Shown: positions 23,609 to 36,477, numbered from the whole stretch's first letter. The stretch is DNA of 63,232 bases, filler included, from Rhabdomonas costata (GCA_019059605.1; 51 parts of 51 records of this genome joined end to end with filler, not necessarily neighbours in it), one strand, 5' to 3'. The notes: generated by a model from the letters alone, not told the origin. Program-made: numbers and translations.

Positions 23609-24272
23609 GAAAAGCTGCTTTGCTGGAAAAGCCTTTTCTACGAGCGGCGTCCTGGATGGCGGGGAAGGACGAGGAAAGCTTTCTTTGCACAGCACAGCAC
23701 GCAGTCCAAACGTGGAGAGCATTTCTTGACAAGCAAGAGGGGGATCAATCGGTGCGAATCTCTCCGAAGATTCTTGACCTGATGGAGACGGCGATTGCGA
23801 AGGTTTCTTTTATGAGCTATCACGAGATGTGGAGGTCTTTGAACTGGACGATGGTACATGGCGACTTCCACCCCGCTAATCTGATGGTCACTGACTCGTC
23901 GGTGCACCGGGCTTTGCGGTGCTGCTGCTGGACTTCGAGGCAGTGGGAGTCGGCAGTGGCCCACAAGACTTAGGTCAGTTTATGATTTCTCATGCCTCTC
24001 CCGCTTCTCGGAGGAGTTTGGAACCTGCCGCTCTGGACACTTATCGGAAGAGTCTGAACGGGATTCTGGAGGCTGAGGATCTCAGCCCCCTTTCAGAAGA
24101 GGAAGTGAGGAAGGAGTACGTAGAAGGCGGGCTTTGCAGGTGGGCTTGGTTGCTGCCGGTGTGCGCTTCTCTTTGTCCTGCGGAAGCCACACAATACTTC
24201 CATGACCAGATGCTGGCGTTCTTGGAAGACCACCACGTGGACCCCTTGTCGATAGGGATGCTCCGCCCATAG
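23609..24272 (+). CDS. APH/choline/ecdysteroid-kinase-like phosphotransferase, C-terminal part, one frameshift at ~23900
   Basis: Brenner motif TMVHGDFHPANLM, then LLDFEAVGVGSGPQDLGQF in the -1 frame; no intron seen. Confidence 0.88.
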
Positions 24273-24941
24273 CTTCGAACGAACTTGACTTGAAGACTTG
24301 AGCCATTCTTTGGGATCATTTGGGGAACTTTCCATTTCGTTGCATTGTTTTTGGTGAGCCTTGAGAACGCTGTTCGAGAAGCACCTGTTGTTTTGTTGCA
24401 TCGTGCCTACTCTCGTATTGCTTTTGGGATTGAAGGTTGTAAGTCGACCGTTTGGTCTAAAACCCTTCTGAAACTGGTGCGAGGGTGTAACTCGACCGCA
24501 AACGGAGCGCACGGGACGTTGGCGACGAAGAAGCGCGATGAACAGTTCCAGGAGATTGTAATACAAAAAGGACTGAATTGTATTAGGTGCGGAGGCCGAG
24601 TGGCAACTTAAACTTCTTGCTTGCTTTGCTTTTTATCCTTCCCAGGCGTCTTTTCTTTGTTTTTTTTGCCCTCATATTCCAACAAATGTTTCCCTTCTTT
24701 GCAATCTCTGGCCTTCTCTTCGGGTGCCTCTACAACACAACCCAAACACANNNNNNNNNNNNNNNNNNNNNNNNNNNNNNNNNNNNNNNNNNNNTTAATT
24801 AATTAANNNNNNNNNNNNNNNNNNNNNNNNNNNNNNNNNNNNNNNNNNNNGTTGTTGGGGTTCCTAAGTGTCCAAGCAACTGGGAGTGGAGTGGTTGAAT
24901 ACCGGCCCACCATGCACGGACTCAGCACCAACCCGACTCAG

Positions 24942-25950
24942 ACCTGTGAGTCGCTGGGAGTCCAGGCAGTGCAGCAGTAGCAGGGGGTCTCCACGCACAA
25001 ACTCCACCCCCAGGATCCCCCTGCGCAGCAGCCAGGGGTCGCGGTGCGAGACCACCGCCCAGAACAGCTCGTTACCGGCCTCGCTGAATGCCACCACCAT
25101 CAGCAGCCGCCCCAAACACATCCGGGAGGGGGTCAGCCAGTCCTCCCCTTCCTGCAGACGACCACAGAAAAGGTGCCCAACCTCCAAAACGCGGTTGACA
25201 GGTTGGTTAGGGTTAGGATAGGATACGATAGGATAGGATAAGATGGTGGTAATCAGTCATCGACCCCCTTCCGGATTCGGAAACACGACGACCAACTATC
25301 GTAGTGGAACCTTGCGCAAACCAATCCTTTGGCCACTCCTCTGTCCCCGGGGCCCATGGCCTCTGGCAACACCAAGGGGCGATGTACGCACCTCTTCGCC
25401 AGTGCCTGCTTTGAAATCGGAGAAAAACTCACCCACTGGCGACAGGCACTTTGAAATTGTAGGAGAGCCTGTGTCGCTCTCCGAATCCTCTCCAGAATCC
25501 AGGAACCAAACCGCCTAGCAGCAAACCAAACACCACACACCGGAGGAGTGAAGCACAAGGTCCAGTGCGCGGCGTCGGAATCCGGCACGGGGTTCAGCCC
25601 AGCCAGCTCAATGTCGGAGTAGAACCTCACCGCGTTGGTCACCCCAAACTTCGCCGTCGCGGGCAGGCCCTCGAACTCCTCCTGGGCGAACGCCCTGCGA
25701 GGTGCAAAGCGAGCATACCCACTGTCATAAATCCTACCTTACTACTGCTGCAGGGCCCCAGTCCTGTTCTGCGTGGACCCATCCCCTCGTTGTCACAAGT
25801 TTTGTACTTCCCATATCTCACAACCTGCAGAGGAATACAGCCCTAAAGGAGAGGACAACCGCCTCCTCCTCCTCCTCCAGATTGTCTCACACCTGATGTA
25901 CGCGTTCAGCGACTCGGTGTACGTACGTAGAGCCCATGCGCTCACTTTGG
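24942..25950 (-). CDS. Multi-exon gene fragment, unknown protein
   Basis: Several GC3-rich blocks with AG/GT borders, e.g. EAKVSAWALRTYTESLNAYIR, AFAQEEFEGLPATAKFGVTNAVRFYSDIEL, EGEDWLTPSRMCLGRLLMVV. Exon model uncertain. Confidence 0.45.
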
Positions 25951-26092
25951 CCTCACTACCCCAACACCCACACACACAAACACCCCCAACACNNNNNNNN
26001 NNNNNNNNNNNNNNNNNNNNNNNNNNNNNNNNNNNNTTAATTAATTAANNNNNNNNNNNNNNNNNNNNNNNNNNNNNNNNNNNNNNNNNNNN

Positions 26093-26835
26093 CGCAGCGG
26101 CTCGGGCTCGGCGGCGATGCTGGAGGCCCTTCGCGGGGGCACGGGGCTGGCCGTGGGCACGGACTACCAGGGGACGAGCGTGTACTCCGCCTACACCTAT
26201 TCCGCCCTGGTATGCGTGAAGACCGACTACAGCGACCTCAATGCCCTTTCATTGGCTTTTTCGTTCCGTTGCGTTTTTGAAATGCAGAATACCGCTTGTA
26301 TTATTTCGTTTTCCAGCTTGGAGCGGGACTGGTGCTAAAGATCGACCGCCACGAGGTGGAGTGGCCGCTGATCGTCAACTTACTGATCCTGCTGTTCACG
26401 GCGGTGGGCATCACCTTGCTCGGGATGGCTGTCATTGGGCTCTCGGCACGGCACATGCTGGCGAAGATCGAAGAAACGTGGGAGAAGGGCAAGGAGGCGG
26501 TGCGGGAGCAGAAGGAGAGCTTTGAGGCGCTTATCTCGGCGCTGTTTCCGAAGTTCGCGTCGGAGCGGCTGATGGCGGGGGAGCACCAGATTGTTGTGGT
26601 AGTCCCGAAGGTTATGTTTTTTTTTCATGTTTTTCACACTATATGCATGAGTTGCAATGGCTTACACTGGTCCGTCGACATTGATGTGTCACAGGCTACG
26701 ATCTTGGTGTCGAACATCTGCAATTTCGCCACCATTATCGGCTCGCTGAGCAGCACTCAGCTATTGCAATGGGTGGGGTACATCTTCCGAGTGATGGACA
26801 GTGTTGCGGAGTACTACCACGTGTACAAAGTGAAG
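26093..26835 (+). CDS. Receptor-type adenylate/guanylate cyclase (Cache - TM - coiled coil - cyclase); exons <26093-26209, 26317-26610, 26695-26835
   Basis: GTDYQGTSVYSAY..|LGAGLVLKIDRHEV (Cache end), a TM helix, LISALFPKFASERL, then ATILVSNICNF...VMDSVAEYYHVYKVK (class III cyclase start); GT-AG introns. Confidence 0.9.
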
Positions 26836-29800
26836 GTTTTTGTGGGGATCTTTTAATTCGAAATACCCCTGCCTCGGTTCGTGCAGTTATTCAAACCCAC
26901 CGGATCATTCTCGACCCTCCATGGCGACTCCAAATTGTCGGCCACTCTACGTCTCTCGCTGTTGTTTTTGCTCTTTCCCCGTCTTGCATACTCGCCTGTC
27001 ACCTGTCCGTCGCGACCCAGTGCACCAGCGGCAACAGAAACAGACAACTGTAAGCGCCCAAGATGTCACTGGCCCAACACCTAAGGGTGTAAGAATGCCG
27101 GAGGGAGGTATTTCCCCAGCTGTCCAGCAACCACCGGCAAAGCTGCATTCCTTCGCGTACGTCTCGCTGTGGCTTGCCCCCCAGCAGACCGTTGGGCCGA
27201 ACGCGTAACGTTCGTTGTTTGCCCCCACAACCCCNNNNNNNNNNNNNNNNNNNNNNNNNNNNNNNNNNNNNNNNNNNNTTAATTAATTAANNNNNNNNNN
27301 NNNNNNNNNNNNNNNNNNNNNNNNNNNNNNNNNNGTTTTTGGTGTTTCATCACTTTCCGCTGAACATGGTCAAGGGCTTGGACCCCTATCTTCAGCGGAA
27401 AGTGATGAAACACCCAAAGCCAAGACCCTCGACAAAGCAGTGGAACGCGTGTGGGAAGCTTTCCGCACCACGCAGAGGGGCTTACCTTGCTCAAGACAGG
27501 TCCAAAGTCGTGGCATCAGGCAACCGATGTCACATGAGCCGTTTGCTGCTGAGCCATGAGTCTGCCGCCGTATTTTTTTCAGGAAGACATGGAAAGGCTT
27601 ATTTTCTTGCCAATGTGTATGTTTTCATCATTTTTAGTTCAATTGCGTTTTGCCGCTGCAACTTTCATCAATGCTGCTTCGAAAGCAATGCTGAGTGCGA
27701 AGAACGGCCCCGGCTTCTGAGTGCGGACACATGAACGCTGCATTTATGCACTGACACTTTTTCAACGACTGTGGTTTTTGTGTTCAGCATGAAAATTATT
27801 TTGCGGTATGTCTAAATGATGCCAGGCAGTCACAGAAAGGTGTCGAATAAAAAGAAGTCCAGAATTTTCGCAAAGGAACAAAGAGTGAGATGTTTCTCGG
27901 TAAGTTAAATCCTGGGGAAAGGGGAGATCAGGCTGATATGTCACTTTGACGGCACGGTTTTACGGAACGATGTAAATAATGATAAAGTGACCCGGGAAAA
28001 GCAGGTGCACTTTTTTCATTTAAGTGTGACTTCTAGTTGTTAGTTTCGGTGACTTCCATTTACTGAGGCTTCTTCGGTCAAGCTTTGGGCAGTTTGCGTG
28101 TTTCTTTGTTTCGCAGCAGAGAATGACGCTGAAAAGTCGCCATCACTGGTATCCTAATTGGGGGAAATAAACCAGGTTTCCTTCGGAAACTTTCGTTTCT
28201 AGGCCCACCCGGGAGAACACTAGAAGCACACAAACTTTTTTGGCACTTGCACAACCCTAAACACGTCAAGAATCGGGAAGGGTGGAGCTTCAGTTCCAGA
28301 AACGTCGAACAACTGCAGAGTGTGAGAAGGGGTGGTAGTGTGCAAGTAGGTTTGCGGATCGCAATAGAACCACAGCAGCTGGAAGTTGGTGTGCGTGTCA
28401 CGCCTGCAAAGCACGTCCTGCCCTCCCCTCTTTCCTCCCTTGCCCCGTATCTGTCAAGCTTCCTCCCCAACACANNNNNNNNNNNNNNNNNNNNNNNNNN
28501 NNNNNNNNNNNNNNNNNNTTAATTAATTAANNNNNNNNNNNNNNNNNNNNNNNNNNNNNNNNNNNNNNNNNNNNCAGCGTGCTATTCGCCCAACACATGC
28601 ACAGAGAGAGACTGTCTCGCCTCGTACCTTTAAACTGACGTAGCTCGAGGAAGAGCTCTAATGTTGTTTGTGAGATGGCTATGATGGCAGCCAGGGCAGC
28701 TGCTGAGTGGACTCAGCGTCAACCAGGTCCACTATGTATACAAGTCCGCACCAGTACCGCTGTGACCCCGTATTCTTTTGGAGCGGGTCTTCTGCAGGTG
28801 GGATGGTCTCTCATAATGTGCGAATCATCCGCTGGAGTCACAGGAGAATCATGCACCGTCTTTTAACATCATGAAAAATGTGGGGAACGTTGCCTCGAAC
28901 TTTGATTAGCGAAGTATTCGAAGTTTCTTGACTTCATATTATGACCTAACCCAGGAAGTAAGAGGAGGAGCTCTCTACTGGAGTTGCATTGGCCGACGAC
29001 TTGAGCCTTGCTGGTTGCACTCGCGAGAAAATTCATGCGTCCCCTTCCCTTTTCTCAAAAACACAAGAATATATGTTGGGAGAGGGGGTAGCTCGCTACG
29101 CTGGGCATGGCCTGTCCTCCCATTTGGGGTCGAGGAACACAAGCAAAAAACGCCTTGAAGCTTTGGTTGGTGGCAGAATAGACCTTTTTCGAACCCCACA
29201 ACAGGTCCCAACCTTTTTCCTTCCTCGGGTGCTGAATAACATGTTTTTCCTCTTTTTGCAGTTTTCAAGGTCACTTGCGCAAGCCTGCACCCACACTCTC
29301 GACTTAAAAGGGAGTGCATATCACGGAGCCCCACCTGCTGGAGAGCTACAATGCCTGGGTGGTGCGGGAGCTGGCCCGCCGCCGAAAGGAGAGTGGGGCC
29401 TCAACCGCCGCTGCCGCCGCTGGGACAGTGCAAGCTTGACACACCAGCCCACTCCCGTTGTCGGGGTGTTCGGAAGACCCTTTTTTCACTTGTGACGATA
29501 GGCCCAGCAAGAGCAGCCCCCCCCCAGAGGAGGTCAATCCCAACTGTAAAGAAAGAAGAGGCATATGTTGCACTCTGTCATTGAGTTCCGTGGTCAGTTA
29601 CCTCGTGTGTGTGTTTCGTCCTTGGAGGTGTGCTTGAAGGTGAATGCCAAGATGCGGTTGCTCAGATGGTTCCTTACTCACGTACAATCCCAGCACGCCC
29701 CGCAAGTGGCTTCTCCNNNNNNNNNNNNNNNNNNNNNNNNNNNNNNNNNNNNNNNNNNNNTTAATTAATTAANNNNNNNNNNNNNNNNNNNNNNNNNNNN

Positions 29801-30221
29801 NNNNNNNNNNNNNNNNGTGTGGGCAGTGGGGTGGGGGGAGAGGCAAGTGATAACTCATAACAGACCTGGCTTGTCTGAAGGACGGCAATCTTAGCATCCA
29901 CCCCCACTCTTTCCAACTCGCCCAGGGGTGTCCACACTCACGGGTGGGGAGACTGGCTTTCATCTTGAAGAAACGATCCCCAACACAACTGATTTCCCAG
30001 CCTCATCAGAAGAATTGGCGCACTGTCTGAATGAGGCATCGGACTTTATTTTTATTCATGAGGAACTGGACTCCTGCACTTTGTTGGAATCGCTCCTGGG
30101 TCTTAGACCTCGCCTCCTGGACTCCTCCACGGTCGCGATGACATTCCACTTTCCTCCGCGCTTATCCGCGCCTGCTGGGATGAACACAGAAATTCACAGC
30201 AACACCGGTACAAAGCAAAAC

Positions 30222-30559
30222 CTGGTCACGGCAGCGGACGAGGAGGACGACGACGAGGAGGATGGCTTGGGTTCTTCCCTCTCTCTGTCTTTGTCCTTCT
30301 TTTGCGGGGCGGCGGCGCCCTTCCGCAGGCTCTCCGGCATCATCCTACCCACGATGTGGTGCAGGTTTTCTGCCAAGCTGACGGAGAAGTCGGGGTCCTC
30401 TTTCAGCAGGGCCTCCTTGAACTCCTTCAGCGAGCGCCCATTGGCGAGGTCCACCAGGAACTCCGCCAGGTCCCGGTCCCCGCACCCCAGATGATTCTCC
30501 AGCTCGGCGCAGACCTTGGACACCAGGCTCAGAAACTGAAGCTGGTTCAGGCCCTCCAT
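30222..30559 (-). CDS. DHX8: Spliceosomal DEAH helicase DHX8/Prp22, first exon
   Basis: [39 protein letters not shown] matches the conserved DHX8 N-terminus ([30 protein letters not shown]); CAG|gttttg donor. Confidence 0.9.
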
Positions 30560-31451
30560 TCTTGCAGACCCACCCACACTCCCACGAACCCCGTTGAACC
30601 CACCGAAGTCGCTGAAGAGATGGCGAGGCGCGAAAAAAAAAATACAAAACACAACAGCCAAAAAAAACACAAGACAGTCTGGACAGCAGGATGGGGGAGA
30701 GACGCGTCCCTCAAAGATTTCCCCGACCAACCCCACCGCCACAGATATCTGAACCATAACCCTACAAGAACCTTCCATCCGCACCTCCCACCCTGCGGCC
30801 GTCAACTATTCACGGCGGGCTCAGCCCACAAGAAAAGCACTCGGACCCCTAAAAACCACAATCCACCTTTTTTCGCACCAGCAGCTCATTCCGTTCCGTT
30901 CCCCTGTCCTAGAAATCGAAATATCCCCACAATTCATAACCCAGTCAAAACCCCAACCNNNNNNNNNNNNNNNNNNNNNNNNNNNNNNNNNNNNNNNNNN
31001 NNTTAATTAATTAANNNNNNNNNNNNNNNNNNNNNNNNNNNNNNNNNNNNNNNNNNNNGGGGTGGTTGCAATCGACAGCTATAAGAAGACCACATGATTG
31101 ACTGCGCTTATGCAAGCTTGCTTGTGGCACACATTTGTATTTAGGCACACCTGACACAGGCATTGCTCACTCGGCGCGCAAAAAATCGGCTACCAACCAG
31201 TGCTGACAAGAGGTCCATTGCAACCCCCACCCAACCATCGCGTTGGAATTCCAAAGAGAACGTCCCAGCATCAAGGGAAGCATGGAAAAGAAGCAGTTTG
31301 GGACATCCCAAACTGGTGCACCCAACACCTGACTGAAGATATTGTTCTCTGGGCAGGCTTGAGGAGGACTCTTCAACAAAGGGCTTCATCAGAATCATGG
31401 ATTTTCCAAGCTTTCATAGGGTATTGCCTTGTGGTGCCGAAAACACTGGAC

Positions 31452-31883
31452 CTGAGTGCAGGAGTCCCTCTCGCGCACAGTGACGGTGCTGTCGGCGTTG
31501 GTGGTGTAGTCGACAGTAACCGCGAAGGGCACCCCCAGCTCGTCCGTTCGGGCATAGCGTCGGCCTGCGTTTTAAGATCGTTCGTTGTTGGTTTTTAATA
31601 GATCGACGGCTTCAACCCCAATTCTCTCACTGCACCTGTCTCCAAAATACACCGAACTGGGAAAGCCGTGAAAGTCTCCACACACACATACACATATACA
31701 CATACACGACAAAAGAAGCGTGTCGGGGGGCTCCGCTCTTTACCTCTCAGCACACCCTCGCATACCAATCGGCGCGCCAGTATCGTCCACCTTAAAGGAG
31801 ATCATCGCCGCGGAAAACGCCGCAGAAAGCTCTGGGATGTGCACCGTGAGCTCAGGCTTCACCATAAGGGGGCAGATCGCCAC
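31452..31883 (-). CDS. GARS: Glycyl-tRNA synthetase anticodon-binding domain, exons 31883-31766 and 31564-31452 (absent from the ORF track)
   Basis: Spliced VAICPL...[31 protein letters not shown]...[12 protein letters not shown] is the eukaryotic GlyRS signature; GT-AG, phase consistent. Confidence 0.95.
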
Positions 31884-33601
31884 CTACCAGAGCGCCGCAC
31901 CCGCCACAACGACACACCACCCCGATCTCTGCACTCCACTCCACGAATCACGAAGCACACAGGATTCATGACGCGAGACTCCCCGTATCCGGTTTAACCA
32001 GCATGATTCAACGGTATACAAGCGGATGATTCACAGCGACCCCAACCCTGTGCGAAACCCTGAGACCCCAAGAGACAAGGACACCGCAACCCCAGTTCAC
32101 GAGAAACAGAGCAAGTTTCCTCACCACCCCGAAGCATTTCCCTCTCAATCAGGCATTGTAGTAATTTTGGTGGGTGCCTGTGGTGATGGCAACAGGGAAA
32201 NNNNNNNNNNNNNNNNNNNNNNNNNNNNNNNNNNNNNNNNNNNNTTAATTAATTAANNNNNNNNNNNNNNNNNNNNNNNNNNNNNNNNNNNNNNNNNNNN
32301 TTTTGTGGGGCATCTGTTCTCCCTGTTTGTGTTTTTTGTGTCCGATGCCTTTGCACCTGCAAAGGCAAGGTAGGTTTGCCGTTTTCGTTGCTGCCCACAC
32401 ACGCATAGGTGCCGACCTCTCTTGGAAGAGCATCTTAGTTGGATTGCGGAAGAGCTTTCAAGGGTTGAGGACCTTCCTTTGAAAAGGAAAGTGGGGCCGG
32501 CCGGAAATAATACGCTACATAGTGCACTTGTACCGGTGTAGTACACTACATATGGGCCAATTGTCCTGTTTTTTTTTTGCCTACGCGGTTCAATTTGTTG
32601 GAGAGATCGTTCCAAAAAGTTGCGCTGGCTCTACTGACACAGAAAAGTTCCTCTTTTCCTGCGCCCTCGACAGTGAAGTTCGAAGCCCTTCAGACGTTGT
32701 ACCTGCGGGTTCTCTTTGAGAGAAGAGAAAATGGCAGGGAGGGGGCGCTGAACCCATGGGTCTCAGGACAGTTTTTTTTTGCACCTAGTCAGTTCTTGTA
32801 CAGTCACTCCGTTAGGTTTGGATGATGCAGTGCGCTCCTTTGGGAGAAGTTCTCGGTCCGGTCCTTTGGTCATCGCTTCCTTTCAGAGCTGTCCTGTCTT
32901 CCTTCCCCCTCTCCCTCTTTGTGAGTGCGTTGTCTTAGCCCTTCCGGCTTGTTCCCAGGCAACCAGCACACGGCACCCTGCAGTCTGGGTTCCCTATATC
33001 CGTGGCTTCTATTCTCTGTGACTTTTTTCTGGTGGGGTTTGTTCGCCGAAAATGAGCTCTCCCCCGCAGGCCGCGGTGACGGTTCGGTCCTATCCGCGGG
33101 GTCTAAGGCCCCTGCTGCGGAGACGGTGCCGGTCACCTGACCCGACTTCCTCGGGTTACTCAATCCCACTAGTGATCGCGGAAGAGGTGGAGTGTGTGAG
33201 CAAAGTCTTGACCGTACGCTCAAGAGCACAAGCAGAGAGTTCTGGCACCGTGCATCGCTGGGATCTGGGGGAAGAGTAGGAAGTGTGGGGGGTCGCCCAT
33301 ATACTGGGGTGTTATGGCCATTATACAAAAACATCATTATGCTATAATATCACTATACGATGATGAGATTGTAGATTGACATTATATAATACCATTATAT
33401 GGGTGAATTGTCATCACTGTGAACTTCTGTGAACAACACAAANNNNNNNNNNNNNNNNNNNNNNNNNNNNNNNNNNNNNNNNNNNNTTAATTAATTAANN
33501 NNNNNNNNNNNNNNNNNNNNNNNNNNNNNNNNNNNNNNNNNNGGGTTGGTGGTGCGCGGTTCTTTCCACACATCTATTTGCGCCAAGAACCGCGTACCAC
33601 C

Positions 33602-34684
33602 ATGCCCCGCACTTGCCCCTTGTGGCTGTGCTTTGTGCTCGCCGTGCTGGCCTTCACGGGGGCCTTCACCTCAAGCCTGTGGACCACCCTGAACCGCGCC
33701 GCGGTGAGCTCGGTGACAGACATCTCGGCCGTGGTGCAGACCACTTTGATGAACGACCTGGAGCACCGCCTGGAGAGCGTTGTGGACGGGATGTTTTTTT
33801 TGCTGAACAGCTGGCGGGCCATTCCTGGGGTAACGGGGAGCACCCCTGAGGAGGTGATTGCGTACACGTATGGGGTGATGAGCAATGCGCCTTCAGTAGA
33901 GGCGATGTCGTTGGCCCGCCCGAATGGAGAGTGGATGGGTTGTTCGAAACTGGTTGACCAAAGCATAGCCTCCATGTATCGAGGTCCTTCCGCTGTGGGA
34001 GTGGCATTGAACGTCACCCTTTCCGTTCTCAACGGCTCTCTTGGGGCAACTTACCAATCGGCGAGATACGACACCCGAGTGCGACCTTGGTACAGGGGCG
34101 CAATGGATATGCAAAACGCAACGTTCTCATACTCATTCCAGTCAGCCATCTCCTCCACTGAACTTTTTGTCCTTTCTGCTCCGGTGTTTTATGCAAACGG
34201 GACGACGGCAGCCGTGCTGATGGTCAGTTTTCCTTTCACTCACTTACCAGGCAGCTCGCTCATGCACATGGCGAATTGCGCAGCTCAGGGATGCTGGTGC
34301 TGATGGAGCAGAATTCCGGAGAGCCCATCGCCTCGGCCACGGCCAGCCCTGCCACCCTTGAGGCGGACATCGCCGAAGTCCGCCAAAAGATGCAGGACGA
34401 CCTGCAGAGCCACGACGTGCGGCACATGAGCCTTCACAGCTTCGGCGAGGCCGTTGTGCTGCAGGTGGTGCTTTCGTCGGCGCAAGCCAGCGGCCTACAG
34501 TGGAAGCTGGTTGTGGTCCTACCAGACTCGGACTACTACGCTGGGATCCATCGCCACAACCTGGTTGCAGGGGCAGTCTCGGGCACGATTCTCGGGGTAT
34601 TTGTCATCATTTTGATTGTGATGGTGAATCTATTGGTCAGTCGCCCACTGCGGGAACTTACGCGGCACATCGACCAGCTGAAGC
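33602..34684 (+). CDS. Membrane sensor (TM - dCache - TM - HAMP start), partial, frameshift at ~34289
   Basis: YDTRVRPWYRGA is the Cache motif, followed by LSAPVFYANG, GLQWKLVVVLPDSDYY, a TM helix and VSRPLRELTRHIDQL (HAMP). Confidence 0.88.
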
Positions 34685-35049
34685 NNNNNNNNNNNNNNNN
34701 NNNNNNNNNNNNNNNNNNNNNNNNNNNNTTAATTAATTAANNNNNNNNNNNNNNNNNNNNNNNNNNNNNNNNNNNNNNNNNNNNGCCTGGATCGGCTGCT
34801 CCGTTCCAGGCGTTAGTGTTATCCGCTTCTGTACATACGGAACCACTGCTGTGTTCGGCTGTTCCTTCGCGACAAACTCGGAGTTGGCTGCTCCATCTCC
34901 AGTTTTGTCCTCAAGGAAATCTCAGGGTAACGTAACGTGACCATGATGTGTGAGGCCGCTCCTCCAAATATGGTCGCCAACGAGGCCAAGGAAACATTAG
35001 GGGCAGTGTCCAATGCGGCCGCTACGCCAATGACCAGAAAAGTCTTCTT

Positions 35050-35900
35050 CCAGCCCTGCCTTGCAGCACCTTTGGCTTCAGAGCCACTTCCAGATTGGTG
35101 GCAGGACTACCTCAATGACCAATTGGTCAGGCAGAAGTACTTTCTGGAGTACACTGAGACTTTGAAAGACACCACCTGTTTCCATAATGGCCGCATTTGG
35201 GAACATGACCGGATTGTTATTATCATTGCGCAGTACCGTCACCTGCCTGTTGCAGGCCATTGTGGAGTCAATCGTACTGTATGCATGGTGAGAAGACAGT
35301 ACCGAATTGAACTATCTCCGTTTTTGCAAGGCACAACATCATCTTCTCCGAGGCCACATGGAACAATTAGAGATGCACATGAGACAATGGCAGTCCATTT
35401 CCTTGGACTGGACAAACCTGCCGACGATTAAAACGGCACAGGGGCATATTTTTAATCAGGTGCTGACCTTCACGGACCATTCTTCAAAGCAGATGATCTT
35501 GATTCCCTGCTAGGAAAAAGTGAAGGCACCCGCAGTGGCAGAACTGTTTTTGCACGAGGTGGTGTGCCACAGGGGATTGCCATCCAGCATTATTTCAGAC
35601 AGGGACACCAAGTTTACGAGAGCTTTCTGGAAGGCGTTGTGCGACATGATGGAAATCAAGCAGCGCATGACTTCTCCGTTCCATCCGCAGGCGAATGGCG
35701 CCGCGGAGAGAACGAACCAGACAACGAAGCAGGTGCTGCGGAAGATTGTACTCGCCAAAATGCAAGAAGTTATGGATTGGAGGCTTCCCAACTGACTTTG
35801 CCTGCTGGCCTTTGTTGAGATCGCCATCGATATCAGCCCATACTTCTTAAACCTGAGCTACCACCATAGCTTCTTCTTTGACGTCCACAACTTCGACGAG
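35050..35900 (+). mobile_element. Ty3/gypsy integrase (H2C2 + core), decayed
   Basis: HLPVAGHCGVNRT, WQSISLDW..LP, VLTFTDHSSKQ, EVVCHRGLPSSIISDRDTKFTRAFW, TSPFHPQANGAAERTNQT; stops and frameshifts present. Confidence 0.93.
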
Positions 35901-36369
35901 GAGAGGCTAACCGGCGAGAATACGGTNNNNNNNNNNNNNNNNNNNNNNNNNNNNNNNNNNNNNNNNNNNNTTAATTAATTAANNNNNNNNNNNNNNNNNN
36001 NNNNNNNNNNNNNNNNNNNNNNNNNNGTTGTTGTTTTTGTGGAAATCGGCTTTGCAGCAGTTTTCCATAGAGTGAGTGTGAAAACTGAAACTGAAGCGGT
36101 CCGCTATCTGAGCGTCCATAGAGTTTGTTTATAGCTGCCCACGGACAACCATCTTGCATTTGAAGAGTTCGCCAAAGAAGATCATTCGTTTAATTATTGG
36201 TTTTGGGGGTTCCGGGTTGAAGGAGGGCAACCAGCTTGGTAATCGGGCGCACACAAGAAGAAATGCCGACGTCAGAACCTCAAGTGAGAGATGTAGTAAG
36301 CCATGATCGATCTGCGAAAACCTTTAGCAACTCTGTTGCACTTGACTGTCGGGGGGCTGCATTTCACAG

Positions 36370-36477
36370 TCAGTCCCACCTGCGGCAGCAACTACAGCTG
36401 CCCAACAGGGTACTCCCTTAGCAATGCCGGTACGGTGTGCAGCACCTCGATGTGCACGGACACCGATTGTTGCATTG
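36370..36477 (+). CDS. Exon encoding one six-Cys module (probable surface protein repeat)
   Basis: cacag acceptor and gtatac donor; 108 nt, SPTCGSNYSCPTGYSLSNAGTVCSTSMCTDTDCCI. Confidence 0.7.
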
